The translations under genes and the position numbers were made by a program. From Bugula neritina (Eukaryota; Animalia; Bryozoa), in NCBI GenBank assembly GCA_964035545.1, contig OZ037769.1, forward strand, positions 7,235,929-7,299,928: a stretch of 64,000 nt of DNA, written 5' to 3'. The number at the start of each line of letters is the position of its first letter. The first letter of the stretch is position 1. Shown here one piece after another: positions 47,491 through 61,400 of this stretch. The notes beneath the pieces are model-generated. The model was not told the origin of the DNA. It saw only the letters and a program-made list of their open reading frames with translations, and did no database searches.

Positions 47491-49502
47491 CTCTCTTCTT
47501 TGAAAGGTGTAAACATTCAATAAAAATGAGAATATCATAATTTAAGATTATTATGCTAAATTTAAAAAAACATAAACATTCAACGAAAAATTTTTATTTA
47601 AAAATGAATTGTAGGTTTAAATTTTCATTTAAACACACCATCACTTGTTGACCCTTGCATTGCATATTTAACCTTCCATAATGTATGCTGACCTTAAGTT
47701 AGCAAAGAGTTACAGCTGGTGATGTCAGCAATTCAGAATAATTTTTATGTCATCAATTAAAGTTGAAGTTATATCTTTTTTATTGCAAAAGACTACTATT
47801 CAGGGCACTATAGCTATGGGAAACTTGAAAGTCTTCTATTGACTAGTGTCAAGTAGATTACCGTACAGTACGTCAAGTAGTACTTGACTAGAGTCAAGTA
47901 CGTATGCAACATAGCACAGATACTTTGCAGAACTTTTTCTAAGATGGCTGGTGGGTTGAAATAAATGGTCCAACCCACCCTAACAAGACAGTCCACGGTG
48001 AAAGTTAGCTAACTGCGCAACCAGTAACAGCTTCGATTTGTCAAAAAGATTGCCCCAAAGAAAATTTGAATTAGTAAGTCAACTATAGTAAATGTATACA
48101 ATTTGCTTATTGGTCCATAGCATATAATTAAGTTTTTACAACAATTTAGATTACTATATTTTAGAAACACTCTTTTAATGAGATAAAATTCTATGTAACT
48201 TCGGTATTTATTATACTTCATTAAAGGAAAAACTGATGGAGATTTGTCTCATGCTGTTATTGGAACAGTATATAGTTCATTGAGAACTTCGCATACTTGA
48301 GAAGTGTTTAAATTTAACACTAGACAGTGAGCTACTTTGTATACTCTAAAGAACATATAGCTTAAATTGACCTGCAAGCACTAGGGGAGCAGTGGTTGAC
48401 AGCAGAATCTCTGCAAATAAGTTTCTAGTATATCTAACTTTAACAGGGTATTTGTTTTGATTTGAAGACATGTACTTTATAAGATTATGATGGCTTTGTT
48501 TTATTGTGCAAGAACATGTTGACTAGTTGAGTAGAACAGAAAGAGAGAAAGAAATCAGTATATACATAAACTATTAACTATAATATGTCTGAGAGCTTTT
48601 TACAGCTTTTCCTCTGAAAGATTGTATAACAACAATTTTATAATACAACATATGATTGTATTGCACACTTTATGAACAGTTTTAACATAAGTAGTGATGT
48701 CACTGCTTAAAATACATCTATTAAATTAATTAGAGTGACAGACTAATACAGTGATAGTAGGAGCAAAAATAAACTCATCTGATTATCATATTAGTAGTTA
48801 TTGCCACTTGTGTAGGTTGAGTATCGCTTACTGCATTAATATTGATTTGTTTTCTTGTAGTAGATAGCTGGGATAATAACATAAAACTATCCTTTGCTTA
48901 CTAATTATTTATAAGTATTAGAAACAGCAAACAGTTTCTGTTTCTTTGATAGACTCTACAGCTTTAAGATAGTAAAAGCTGAACTAACTCAAGGTATAGC
49001 CATGCTTTAGACAGGCTCTGTATGGTACCCTCTATGTTTGTATCAGTATATAGAAGAATGCCATACTGTATAAATATCTTTATATGTGCACTAATATATT
49101 TTCTTATTCAACAATTTTATCAACTGATAAAATCAGCCCGTAGTTTGGTTTATTTATCAAGCAAGTGAAGTCAAAATACAAATTTTCAACCATTAAAGAT
49201 AAAAAATAATTGTCAACTGATAGTTCTATCATAATATATAATAAATAATAATTGTTACATCATAATAAACTATTACATAGTAAGCTAGAGTTGCATTAAG
49301 AGGGGCAAATCTAAAAAAATCAACACTGTGATAGGAAAGACAACTCTGTATATAAGATCTAATACCATCAATAACAACTCTGATAGATAATTTAAGTTTA
49401 GTAATCACATTTATTATAATAACACTTTATATGTTCAGTGAAGTGAGCTGGAGTTCTGAGCCATTTCCTGTGTACTTGTATCTGGTGATATCTTCATATA
49501 AT

Positions 49503-52500
49503 CTATGGTGTTTTTTCTGGTTCACTATATAGATTGGTTAGTATTACACATGTCAGAGATGGTCTGCAAGTGTCTGAAATATATAATACATTTGTGTGTC
49601 ATTAGATTGACATATAAATACAATGAACTCAATACATGGCATATAATCAACAATCTGTGAGTGTGAACTGCTAGATGACAAGTAATGACGGTGAAAATTA
49701 CCATCAGGATAGTAACTATGTGAAATGTGTTAAAAGTGGTGATTTTAAAGCTTTTAATTTAGCCTTAGGTTTTGGCAACACAGTCATTGCCCAACATAAG
49801 TAAGTGTATGCAGGTTGCTTGCCGCAGGCTATACAAGTTTATGATATATAATTAGTCCACTTATAAAGATATATTATACTAGTAACGTAACTTCCAGCAA
49901 TTTATGGTGTAAGTTATACATATTGCAATAAAATACTGCAGTCACGAATTATTGTATTTAGTACAAAATGCATACCGCAACAAAATTTCAAATATATTAT
50001 AATATGGCAAAATGGTAAATATTTCAGTCGTATGTACATAATCCCCAGAAACCAAATAATATAATACGCTGTAAACTTTCGACTATGTATTATAGTCTTG
50101 TGGCATGCCAGAAAAGAATGAACAAAGCATACAAGTGTCACTAGCTAGTAGCTACTAGCCTGTGCACCTAGCTACTAGCTACTAGCCTGTGCACCCAGCT
50201 ACTAGCTACTAGCCTGTGTACCCAGCTACATTCTAATATATAGAGGATACCTTCCTTATAAAAAATTCAATAAAATTTTACCTTTTTAAATCAATTATCT
50301 GCAAGTAGTAGAAAGATTCTGAATTTAGCTCATAATTATAGGTCTTTTAATTTATTTTATATTAAAATAATAGCAAATGTTTAAAATTGTAAAACAATTA
50401 TTAGCATCTTTTTGCAATTTTAGGCTTTTGGCTAGATCAACTGTAATATGACGTGAAATTATTCAAGCTTTGTATTTTCCCTCTAAGAAAAGATTTTTCA
50501 ACGATTCAACATTATATTTCTTTCTATGTTTATATACCTCTAAAAACTACGATGCTTTTTGTAGTGTTGAGATTTTCTGTAGCCCCTGTGGTATAATGGT
50601 TGTCACACCAGTTTAAGTCTGCGGTTCGAATCCCGTGAGGGGAGGGCAATATTTTAACAATATTATAATGAAGCTAACTCAAATGGTAGTAAAACAATTA
50701 TTTGAAGGAACTCATGTCAAATGATTTAACAAAAGCGGAGCAGATTAGAGGCATAGAGCTACTGCACTAAAACAATAGAAGATACAATGGAACACATCTC
50801 ACTTGAGTTGCAGCAGAAGCCATTGGCAGAGCAAGATCCCCCAGGGATGGTGAAGCAGGGGGATGACCTCTTCTTGCATAGTCTAGACTGAGTGGGGGAG
50901 GAGATCTGACACTCATCTGTCTTCCTCACAATATAACAGCCAAAGTAACCACAGCAGTAGCTATTACCATAGCATTGGCCAGCTAGTCCTGGACCACATG
51001 CCCTACACTACAGCATGTATAGTATAGCACAGTTACACACCCTCATGTATAGTACATAGCAGCATGTATAGTATAGCACAGTTACACACCCTCATGTATA
51101 ATACAGAGCAGCGAAGTTGTAGCATGTACCCACTTATGCAGGTTAATTAGCCAACATAGCTCACATGTATACTTGAGTTACATTAATTTTATAGTGTTAT
51201 GTAGAAAACAAGTTTAATTTTCTACTGCAAATTATGGCTTTGAACCAATATTTACTGGCAACAGTTTTGTAGCCATGACTTTTTAGATTAGTATATGTAT
51301 GTATGTAACCTTGACATAGTATGATGGTCTGGTGGCTTCTAAATCACACAAACTTATAATATTCAGTAAACACTGTGTAAAGCAGTTTAATTACAGAGCT
51401 TTTAGTCTCCACTGCTTACTTGTGATGATTGTTTTATATTTAATAGCTTAATAACATGATCAACCTAGAATTCTGAGAATTGACACAAATGTTTATTAAT
51501 TCTCATGCTCTATATTAGCATTGGACATTTTACATAGTAACACTAGACACTCTACATAGTAATATTGGTTTAGAGTTTAGTTTCGCTATACAACAGGAAA
51601 AAAGTTCATTTCCTCTGCTAACAATGAACCAATTTTTTATTGACTCTGATAAAAATTCAGTCTCGGCTTTTATTTCGTTTACTTTGTTTATAACTTTTAG
51701 GACGGTTTAACAGGTATATCTGTTCAATTTTTGGTGACCTTGAGAGAATTTCTGACAAGGAAATATTTAATCAAACTACGCAGCAATAAAGTATTTATAA
51801 AGTATAAATATAAATAAAAGATGATGATTTGAACAATAAGTATCGTTTAAAAGTATTGCTTGATTTTTAGAGCAAAAACTGTTCAATTTTTACAATTGAT
51901 TTATCATCTACATAACATCTTAAAGCCTTCCCATGAGCTCATCGTAGGGTTAGCATAAGCCAACTATGAGGCCAACAGTTTCAGTCCAGATAGATGACCC
52001 CCCCAGATAGATGACCCCCCAGATAGATGACCCCCCAGATAGATGATCATCAACATATTCCACTTAGACAACCCCCAACTGGACAACTTCCATTTAGATG
52101 ATTTCATTCAAAAACATCAAGAATTTAAAAGAAATTAAATTTAAAGACATCTGATACTAATAAGTTGCATTATTTTGGCTTCATGTGAATCCATGTGCAC
52201 AGGTGACGTCTAGCTGAAGCCATGTATCAGTGTATAACTGAAGCCATATGCATAATATTATGTCTCATTCAAGCTATTGCTTTAACAGTTTCCTGAAGCC
52301 ATATGAATAATATGCTTAATATTTTTGAAATAATATAATTAGTTTTTAGACTTTTCTTCGAATTATATTCATTCAATTTCAAAGTTTAGTCAAATATATT
52401 TTAATATCATCCGCACATATATAATTTGATAGCAGTATTTGGGGTCGTCTAACTGGAATTTGGTTGTCCAACTGGGGGGTGGTCTATCTGGAATGACACC

Positions 52501-52691
52501 AGTGCTAATTGAATCGATAAAGCTGTACGCAAAGGATGCCATAAGAAATCTTTACTCACAAGAGCTGGTTTACTCTCAACGGTCCTCTTTCCAAGGATGC
52601 CCAAATCACATGTCCTGATGTAACACGAGCTTCCTATCTCTACCAGCACCAGCAAACCAAACAGCCTCATCAAAATGTGTCTTCCAAACAT
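49503..52691 (-). CDS. Oxytocin/vasopressin-family neurophysin precursor, copy B, 135 aa
   Basis: Exons 52691-52560, 51007-50803 and 49573-49503 give MFGRHILMRLFGLLVLVEIGSS-CYIRTCDLGIL-GKR-TVESKPAL/CRACGPGLAGQCYGNSYCCGYFGCYIVRKTDECQISSPTQSRLCKKRSSPCFTIPGGSCSANGFCCNS/NTCRPSLTCVILTNLYSEPEKTP*. Confidence 0.95.
50143..50230. repeat. 28-bp tandem repeat, about 3 copies (AGCTACTAGCTACTAGCCTGTGCACCC-like)
   Basis: Directly visible. Confidence 0.85.
50582..50648 (+). pseudogene. tRNA-like pseudogene or SINE head
   Basis: A-box TGGTATAATGG and B-box GGTTCGAATCC are present, but the anticodon/variable region is collapsed. Confidence 0.5.
51977..52500. mobile_element. Degenerate non-autonomous TIR element in copy B intron 1
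   Basis: Left end GTTTCAGTCCAGATAGATGACCCCCC vs right end reverse complement GTGTCATTCCAGATAGACCACCCCCC. Subterminal 17-bp repeats (CAGATAGATGACCCCCC, 3-4 copies). Absent from copy A. Confidence 0.55.
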
Positions 52692-55402
52692 TGATCAGCT
52701 CTATTCTAGATAGTTTAGAACTGTATACATATATATAATACAGGAAAGAGGTTGTTGCCACTCAATATATACTGCGCAGTAACAATAACAATAACAGTGC
52801 TATTGATTGCTTGTTTTAATGGTTAAAGAGTGTTGAACAGAGGAAAGATAACCACAAAATAGGGAAATAATACACCTGATTTTTATTCTATTCCTCTTTG
52901 TACTACAATTAAATAATTAAAAATGAAAGCTGTGAAACTTGGTAAAGATGTTGATTACAGATTTACTGCTATTATAAGAGTCATGCTACATTTAACCCAT
53001 ATGTTATGATAAAACAGGCAGTTAAAGTAAATCTATCTGTAGGTGTTGCACCTAAGATATATGCCCAAATTTATATCACTGCATTATTTAAAATTAAAAT
53101 ATATTTTAATTGGCCATAAGATTATTCACATTTTTAATTTATTGCATAAGTTATATCTTTTTGTTTAAAGTTATAATTTCCACATACTTACTAATTTATA
53201 TAGAGTTAGTGTCATTTAAGTGATATTATAATGAGGGATAATAAGTTAAGCATTATTATGTTTTTAATAAATAATAAACAATAGCATAAGCCATAAGTAT
53301 TAAATATATTTTGTTTTAAATTACAGTTTTATAGTATATCTTACAAACCTGTGCTTATCTTTATATCAAGTCAGTCTCTTAAGTCATTAATAAAGCACAT
53401 TTCAAAGTTGCATACAACTACAAGTTCGATCTATCAAAAGGAGAAGTATATAGTAGTTTAAGGAGTAGATAATTTATTAGTATGACACACATAGTTTTAA
53501 GCTAGCTTAGTAAAGTGAAGTCAAAAGGATCCCTCACAATTTCTGTATGTCACATTAAAGCCCTCAAGTTTTTTTTTCAGGTAAAATCTATACAAGTTTA
53601 TAAAAAGGGTAATGCTATATTTTGATGTAAATGTAAATATTTTTATAATGAAATACATGCATCGCAACATTTTGTACACAAACTTTACATTTTATGGCAT
53701 AAATTATTGTTTTGAAGTCAATTAAATGTTCAATGATTGTTGACTCTTGCACTACATATTTAACCTTTCATATTATTACACAGTGACCGTAAGTCAGCTG
53801 TATGCAATGAGTTGCAGCTGGTGATGTCATCGATTCTTAGTAGTTCTTATGTTTGTCAATTAAAATTGAAGTTATGTTATATTGTGAAAGAGGAAGGCCT
53901 ACAAGTAATTAGTGAATACTGACCACTGTATTTTGTTTATAACCTTCCGAGGTTCTGCTACATATTATAAGCTGTACACTATAATCACATGCATACAAGC
54001 ACAAGCAGGACACAATTACAACAGTGATGACACTTTGAAAAAGTTTGAATCACCATTTCCTTGTGCTGTAACTAAGAAATAAATGTGGTAAACTGTATAG
54101 CAGTAGTAGCCCTACTGGTCACTGAGAGGTGATTGTTTACGCTTAGCTTGAGTTTACAATTTGACTGAAGCTGACCTGCCACTAACCAGTTAGCACTAAA
54201 CACAAAACAAAAACAAAAATATAATATTGTAAAGAATATACTTCTAATGTTTGCTTGAGTTGGGAAATAGGAGACCGCCAACACACGCTTAACCTTAATT
54301 TTTGATGTCATCCAACATCATAATACTAGATGTGACTCTCAGGTAGCAAACCTAGCTTATATTCTTTATGTCAATTCTACAAATCTTTGAAAGTCAACCT
54401 GTTTAATTCTAAAAAAGGCCTTGTACAAGAGTTTTTTTTTTAACAAACAGATAATTCTTTAGTGCATCAAGTCCTGGTAAGAACAGAGGTAGCAGTAAAG
54501 TGAAAGACTTGCTGACAGCGTTTTACTAAGATGTCTTCACCAATTGGAATTGTGGCCAAACGTCAGAGTGACTTGATATCTCAACTCTTATTTTTTACTC
54601 AAGTTTCAAGTTAAAACCTCCCATACCTCGGTTGGTCTACCAATAAAATGAGAGGTATGTGGTAGGCTTTGCATAAAGTAGTTTTACAGCCTGGCTTGCC
54701 ATACTCTTTTTTTATCAACCAGGTGTTTTAATTTAAAATTAAATTCATTCTGCTGTGTAATAGATCTGTAAAATTGTACTTTACATGATACTAGAATATC
54801 TTTAGGTTATTGATACTAGTCTACCTGAGTTCGCTCTTCCGTGGTTAAAAATTTGACAGACCCATGCAGATGAGAAGCGAAAGTAATGTAGCAGCTAACT
54901 TCACAGTGTAGTTGCATTGTGCTTTGTTTATTTTTGTATTATTTCAATTATAACATGAAACCTGTTACATATCATGGTAAGTATGGCCATGCTTAAGTTA
55001 CTTTTATATCATATCATAATGTACTTTTAGCTATTGCATTATCATTTTTTTAAAATATTATGCCTAAAGCTATTGCTACCATGTGCAGTTGTGAGAGTCA
55101 ATTTGTATGCACTTTTACATAATTACAAAAGCTTAGGATATGTATTTTTTTTGATTTTGTATTAATATAATTTTATTGAGATAAGCTAACAGGCAGGATA
55201 AACATTTTTACAAATTGTTTGAGCTATTGTTTTAAAAATTGCTCAGGAAATATCAATAAATGTATAGCATATGACGTATAATAATCATGGCAAAGATGAA
55301 GCACCAACATAGTCGACTTGTCAGATGAGACTGGAGGGACATAACTCCAAATATATGCTAGCAAATAAATTATAGCTTGAGAGTTTTAGTTTACAAAACA
55401 TT

Positions 55403-56500
55403 TTATTTAAGGCCATGTGGGAAAGGACGGTGCGTCTTATCGGAATCATCCTCTGGTGTTCGTCTCAGAAGGAAGTCTAAAACTTGTAAAATATCTTCAG
55501 TGCTAAGCAAGTTATTAGTGACAGCAGACGTTGATGCTCTGGACGGACTGCGTCGCTCTACTTCCTTTCTACTTGTTTGAAGAGCATTTGGAATGACAGG
55601 AGTTTCTGCTGAATCTAAGATGTTTGTTTGGCTGGAAAACATCACATCTTTTAGATTGTCATACTTTGTATCTTGAGGGATTTTCACCAGTTTCCATACA
55701 AAGTTAGACTCGCCTGTAGGCATTCCTAAAGATTATACAGAAAAAAGTAAATTACATTTTATAATGCTTATATTTGGTCTTAGCAGCTGTAGATGTATGG
55801 CAATAGAATGTTTTATTTGACATAATCATAGGTTACAAAATTATGCTCAATTTTAATGCAAAGTAATAAAATAGTAAAGATTTCAATTTCATAAGTTGCA
55901 ATATATGGTTTATACTATTGCTTTTAATTGTGCTGCATGATTAAAATGTTTTTTAAAACTCCAAAATGTTATAGTTATAAAACGTTTCAATATAAGTCGA
56001 CAGAGAGTTAATCTCATCACCCAAACATCATAGACAAGGCTAGTTTGTATACAGTTATAGCTATTTCATTGTTGTACATGTCACAGAAAAAGTTTTCATC
56101 TAAATATTTCAACTATAATTTGAAATGTTGATAAACTAAAATAAATAAATATGAAAAATATAGAAATTAGATCTTATAAAAGCTAAAAATTACTTCAAGA
56201 TTTAATTGTTTACACTTCAACATAATACTACCTAAACTTATCAAGTCACATATTAGTTTCCATAAATTAGGATTTCTACATTACCCAATCTAAAGTTACC
56301 ACCATATGTTAGATTATGCTGCATAACTTCAATTGCAGATTACAAGCAAAAAATTGGCAGGAAGAAAAATCTTTGGTAAAACATAAAACTTTGCAGCTGA
56401 GGCTAACAACTAGCCATAGAATAACAGATTGACTGAATTACTCACCATTAACAAAGGATAAACAGATGAGGCAGCAGAAAAGCAACTGTGCAGTCGACAT
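55403..56500 (-). CDS. Orphan secreted prohormone-like precursor, 125 aa
   Basis: Exon 56500-56446 encodes the signal peptide MSTAQLLFCCLICLSFVNG (donor GTGAGT, phase 1). It splices in frame to exon 55725-55403 (acceptor TTTAG), which carries RK, RR and RR dibasic sites. TATATAAA lies about 80 nt upstream. Confidence 0.75.
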
Positions 56501-57891
56501 TTCAGAAGATTGGTGCTGTAATCTAACGTTCTGTGAAAGTGTTGTCTTGGAGTGACAAGTGACTTTCTTTTCAGTCTTTATATAGGCTGCTAGCGTGAAC
56601 TTGGTCACAGTTTTTCAAATAAATTAAGTAATAGAAACGCATAATAGCTTTAGTTTAAAGTAATAATCTGTAGAGCTTGGCAGCAGAGAAAGGGGGTGTG
56701 GCTTCCAGGTCAACCTATACAAAGTTAACTAATAATCCATAATTATAATCAAAGGATACACCTCAATCATATATATAAATACTTCATTAGGTATAATAAT
56801 AATTACAATTAACACCTAATGGTGATGAATGGCAATTGTACTGCATTATCCCCTATTGTATTTGTGCATTCTCCCGGAACACTGATGTATTAAGGAACTA
56901 TAATGTATCAATCAGGATATTGAATGGTAGAGATTAATGTCATCAGATAAGTCTCATCAGTAGCTAATAGATATTTCTTTCAACTAAAAATAAATAGATA
57001 CTTCCTATAATTGTTAAAGGATTGTAAGCTAAAAAATTTATTAGTTCTTAGTTCTCGTATTTTATGCAATTAAAACCAAAAAATATTTATGAATATGGGA
57101 GCTAGAGCTAGAGCTCACGTGGGATTAGGAAATGTTCAGAAACTAGTATCAGAGTTTTGGCCTGCGTATTGGATGCATGCATATGTGAAATACTGTTGGT
57201 TACACTCAGAGCAGTGGTGTTATCTTGGATTTAAAAATTTTATGTAAAAATGGCTCAGGTAAAAATGGTAATGGTAAGGTTATAATGTATAATCTCTCTC
57301 TATGTCATGTTGTATAACATGTAGAAATATTCTCTCTCTGTCACTTTATCATATAACAATTAGTGTGTCTGGACCCCCCATACACGCATCAACCCTCGCC
57401 ATCTCTACTGCATAAATATAGCTTTTTGGAGATTATAAAACCATTACAAAACAGTCTCAAATGGGTGCAATGCTAATTCAGTTTACTTTTTATTGCTCTC
57501 TTAGACATTTCAATAACTATTTCTAAGCAAATTCCCTTTAGAATACTTTAGAGAGACGTGTAATTATACCGCAGACAATTTGACAAATAATTGCTAAAAT
57601 CTAGAAGAATGGCCTCATAACATTAATAATTATTACTCTCAACAATGGCGCATGTATTATGGAGGCTGACCATCTATCATAGTAATGGCCAATAACCAAT
57701 TTATTCCCCGTGCTGTAAACTAAATTAACGGTCAGTTTAATGCAATAAGTTGAGTATACTAGGTTTGTCCCATCAACAGATCTATCTAGCTCTCTGCTTC
57801 ACCGTATATGGGTAGAAGTTTGAGCTGCCTGACCCAAATGCAACCTTTCTCTAACATATAGAATCATTGTTGGTTAAACTATGCATTAGAG

Positions 57892-58460
57892 CAGCCATGT
57901 TCAACCTGCGGCCTTTTGACTTTTGGTGGCCTTTTGACTTTTGGCAGCCTTTTGACTTTTGGCGGCCTTTTGAGCTGGCAAATGTGGCCTTTTGGTCTCT
58001 TAGTAAACATAAAAATTTAGTTCAGTTTTAATCCTTCCTGAATTTTGCTTTTTACTAATTTCCAAGTTAACTATATGAATCATGAGTGCTATAAGCACAT
58101 GTTGATGTGAACAGTTATTCTCTGGAATGGGGTATGCCAAAAGTAAATTCGGATTGAGGCTAACAGACTCCTATCTGGCCAATATCCTTCAGAGATCGGC
58201 ATCAGACATTGAACCAAATTATCAAACCATACTGTGCTCTGTTCAATGTACAAAATGCTTACTTTCCTGAATAAATCAAATTAATCTCCTAGATCTTTTT
58301 TTCATAACAAAATAAATACATATTATTAAATTCGAAAATAGGCTTTAATTAATAATATATGGAGGGTTTTAACAGTGAAATTGACACTGAACTTTCTAGT
58401 GGCCTCTTTGGTGACTCAGGTTTTTTACGGCCTTTTCCCAAAAAAGGTTGAGCACCCATG
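57892..58460. mobile_element. hAT (Charlie-like) non-autonomous element
   Basis: 8-bp TSD CATTAGAG (57884-91, 58461-68). Imperfect TIRs CAGCCATGTTCAACCT and CATGGGTGCTCAACCT. Subterminal GGCCTTTTGACTTTT repeats. Confidence 0.8.
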
Positions 58461-61400
58461 CATTAGAGTTTGATAAGTGAGAGAACAAAGCCATGTTTGT
58501 TACTCTTCATTTTGTATCTCTGTTTAATAAAATTTCTCGTGGGAAAGCATTTTAAAAATACAATTACAAAAAACTATTATTTAACGAAATAACTTTAGTG
58601 GTGTATTTAAAGTAAAATAAGATTGCCTTAGTGAATCTACTAAACAATAGATTTGGTGGGCAAAAGAAAAAGGTGCTCAAAGAAAACAACATTGATTATA
58701 AAAATTTAGATGGTAATTTAGAATGTTTAGAGAGCTGTTGCAGTATAAAATTAACTTCTTATTTCCTAACTGTCTCACAATTTCCTGGGAGACCTCCAGA
58801 CATCAACGAGGAAACTTGGTCATCTCAAATTGACAAACACAAAAGTCATTTTAAGTAGGATTATTGTACATTCTAGAATGGTCCACAGTTTTTGAGGGAC
58901 TTAGATAGATGACAGCCGTGGTATTTTTTAATCTCATAAAATTTTAGTATACCATAGTTTATATGCTGCAGGGAAAATAACCTCCAGTCTGGTGGAATAT
59001 TGGTGACATAGCTCTTAGTGATAGAAAACTTCATGGGTTTGAATTAATATTTTGCCCAAGGCCTAAAATTTTATCTTCGTGTGCAATAAATTAAACATTT
59101 AAAATCTCTCTGCAGTAGATATTATTTTATGGAACAAAAATAAATGATTCTAGCAAGAGACAGTGGACAACAATGGTCAATAGAAAACGCAAGTCCCACG
59201 TGTGGGAGTGAGAAGTGTCGGCGAGCAATAAATTAAATGAATGGAATAGATAAACAAGTACTTTGGAATAAAGAACTCTCACATGGCCAGCTTCCTTTGT
59301 GCTGAATTAAAATATATAATTAGATTCTACCAGTTGTAAGGTGTAGGAATATTTGTTTGTGGCTACTGTTAAAGATAGCCAATCTAATTGAGCTAATTGG
59401 CTGTCTGTTTCCTCTCGATATGACTTAGTACTTTGGCCGAGTCTGAACTAAGGCTCGCAATAGTCACGGTCAGCATTATTTTTGGATAGCTGCCAGCTAT
59501 ACGTGATAATGCAGGGGGCAGCTTCCAATTGCTTTCCACTTATTACATAAGGAAATTATTTATGGGTCACACATAACTCTAAGAATGAGACATTTGAATT
59601 TAGATGATTTGAAGTTTGCAAGCGTGCCACATTATTTTTATCTCGAATTTATAGACACTATTATTACTTAACTGTTGTGTTACATGCATGTTAGGGTTTT
59701 AAATATTTTAGTATATAAAAAATCTTTTTAAGGTATAATCGTGCATTGACTTAAAAGTTATATGAGTATATACTATTATTTTATAATAGCTAACGAATAG
59801 CAATACTAAAATAACAGTTTAATCGTTAATAGTTTTGAATAGATTAACTAATATATTACTCAGCAGGAAAAAATTTATGCACTTCAAACGTTATTATTGT
59901 TTATAATTTACGATTTTGATAAAGTCACAACCTAAACATCTTTGCAAAGGCTTTATGGTCCTGTTATACGGTTACCAAACTAAAACAACTATATAAATTA
60001 TTTTCAAAATTTAAAAGAGCTAGATAATCAGTGCTTCTACTGCATATACCGGATGTATTGATTTGAACATGAAACTAAAGCTATAGTCACTATTCCTTAG
60101 TGAAAAAAAACCAAAACTTTTCTAATAATCAAAAAGTGAAATTATGGATATAGGATCTTGCAGCTTAAAGCATTAGCTGCTGCCACTTACTGAAGGTGTA
60201 CCTGGGGTGGCCTGTTAAACACCTGGTTACATGAAATGTCAAGAAGTAGCCTAATTACTTAGTAATGTTATTAGCCAATTGGGAGTGATCATAACACATT
60301 GAAATGGCTCAGTGATGGGGGAATCCCCTCATTTCCGCACGAAAACAATTTGAACTTAAATTGAAACCTAGTTTATTTTTACTTTTTGCATGTTGGCCAT
60401 GTTTTAAACATTGATACTCCTACAGTACAAAGTAATATTTATTTTAAAAAATATTCCCTCCTTTTACAAAGCACTAACACTTTTTAATATGTATGACAGT
60501 GCATTGTGCAGTCATGTAAGCTGTTATCTATACAACCCACCAATCCATTATTCAATATTATACAGTAACCTAAAATGAATGATTGTTTTATATATAATAT
60601 TTTTTATGAAGTAATTTGGTATTTGCAGCAAATAAGCTGATTTAAATTATCATTCTGGTCTGTTGTCATTCTGCAATTTAAGCAAAACCAATTTGCTAAT
60701 GCATGCTGGCCATTGATTAACTTTAATATATAACAGATCGACCAGAAAGAGGCATATTTTTCACAAGATTCTATACTATTGATTGTGGTGCCAATGGTCA
60801 GTTGCTAGCCTGCAGAATGCTGTATATGTATTACTACTATTTATTACAGTTTAGTAATGTAAATGCATATGCTTTGCATCATATAAGGAGGTTAAATCTT
60901 GAATTTGTATTCTCTTGTAAAGGTCACCAATTCTCTGGACATGTTTTGAAGTTGGAACTCTTTCTTTCAGCTCACACAGTCAAAGAGCCTAGCCTTAGTG
61001 AAGTTTTTACAAAATACCATCTGTCATTATATGTTATACATGTGTTTTCTGCCAGTACAACAAAATTTAATATACCTCAATAGCTGCAGTTAAGGAGCAA
61101 TGCAGTGGTCAAAAAGTTGTATAATTAGAAGTGTCACAAAGTGCCCCAAGGTGGCAGCATGTACTTTCCAATGTCAGCATGTCAACTCTATTATACATGC
61201 ACCTGACTTATTTTAATCAATTTATAATAATTTACGTTCAAGGATGTAATTATCATTAATGAAATAGTATAAGACCAACGTTCTAACTTTTTATAGAATA
61301 TTTTCTAGTTAATAAATCCCAGTGAGTAACAGTTTAAAGAAATAATGCAACAATAGACTGCTGTGTTGACAATAACATTGAGATAATGCGCTATGATCTT

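Noticed and set aside
50582-50648. Functional tRNA gene
   Set aside because: A and B boxes are present, but no proper anticodon arm can be folded; treated as a pseudogene or SINE head.
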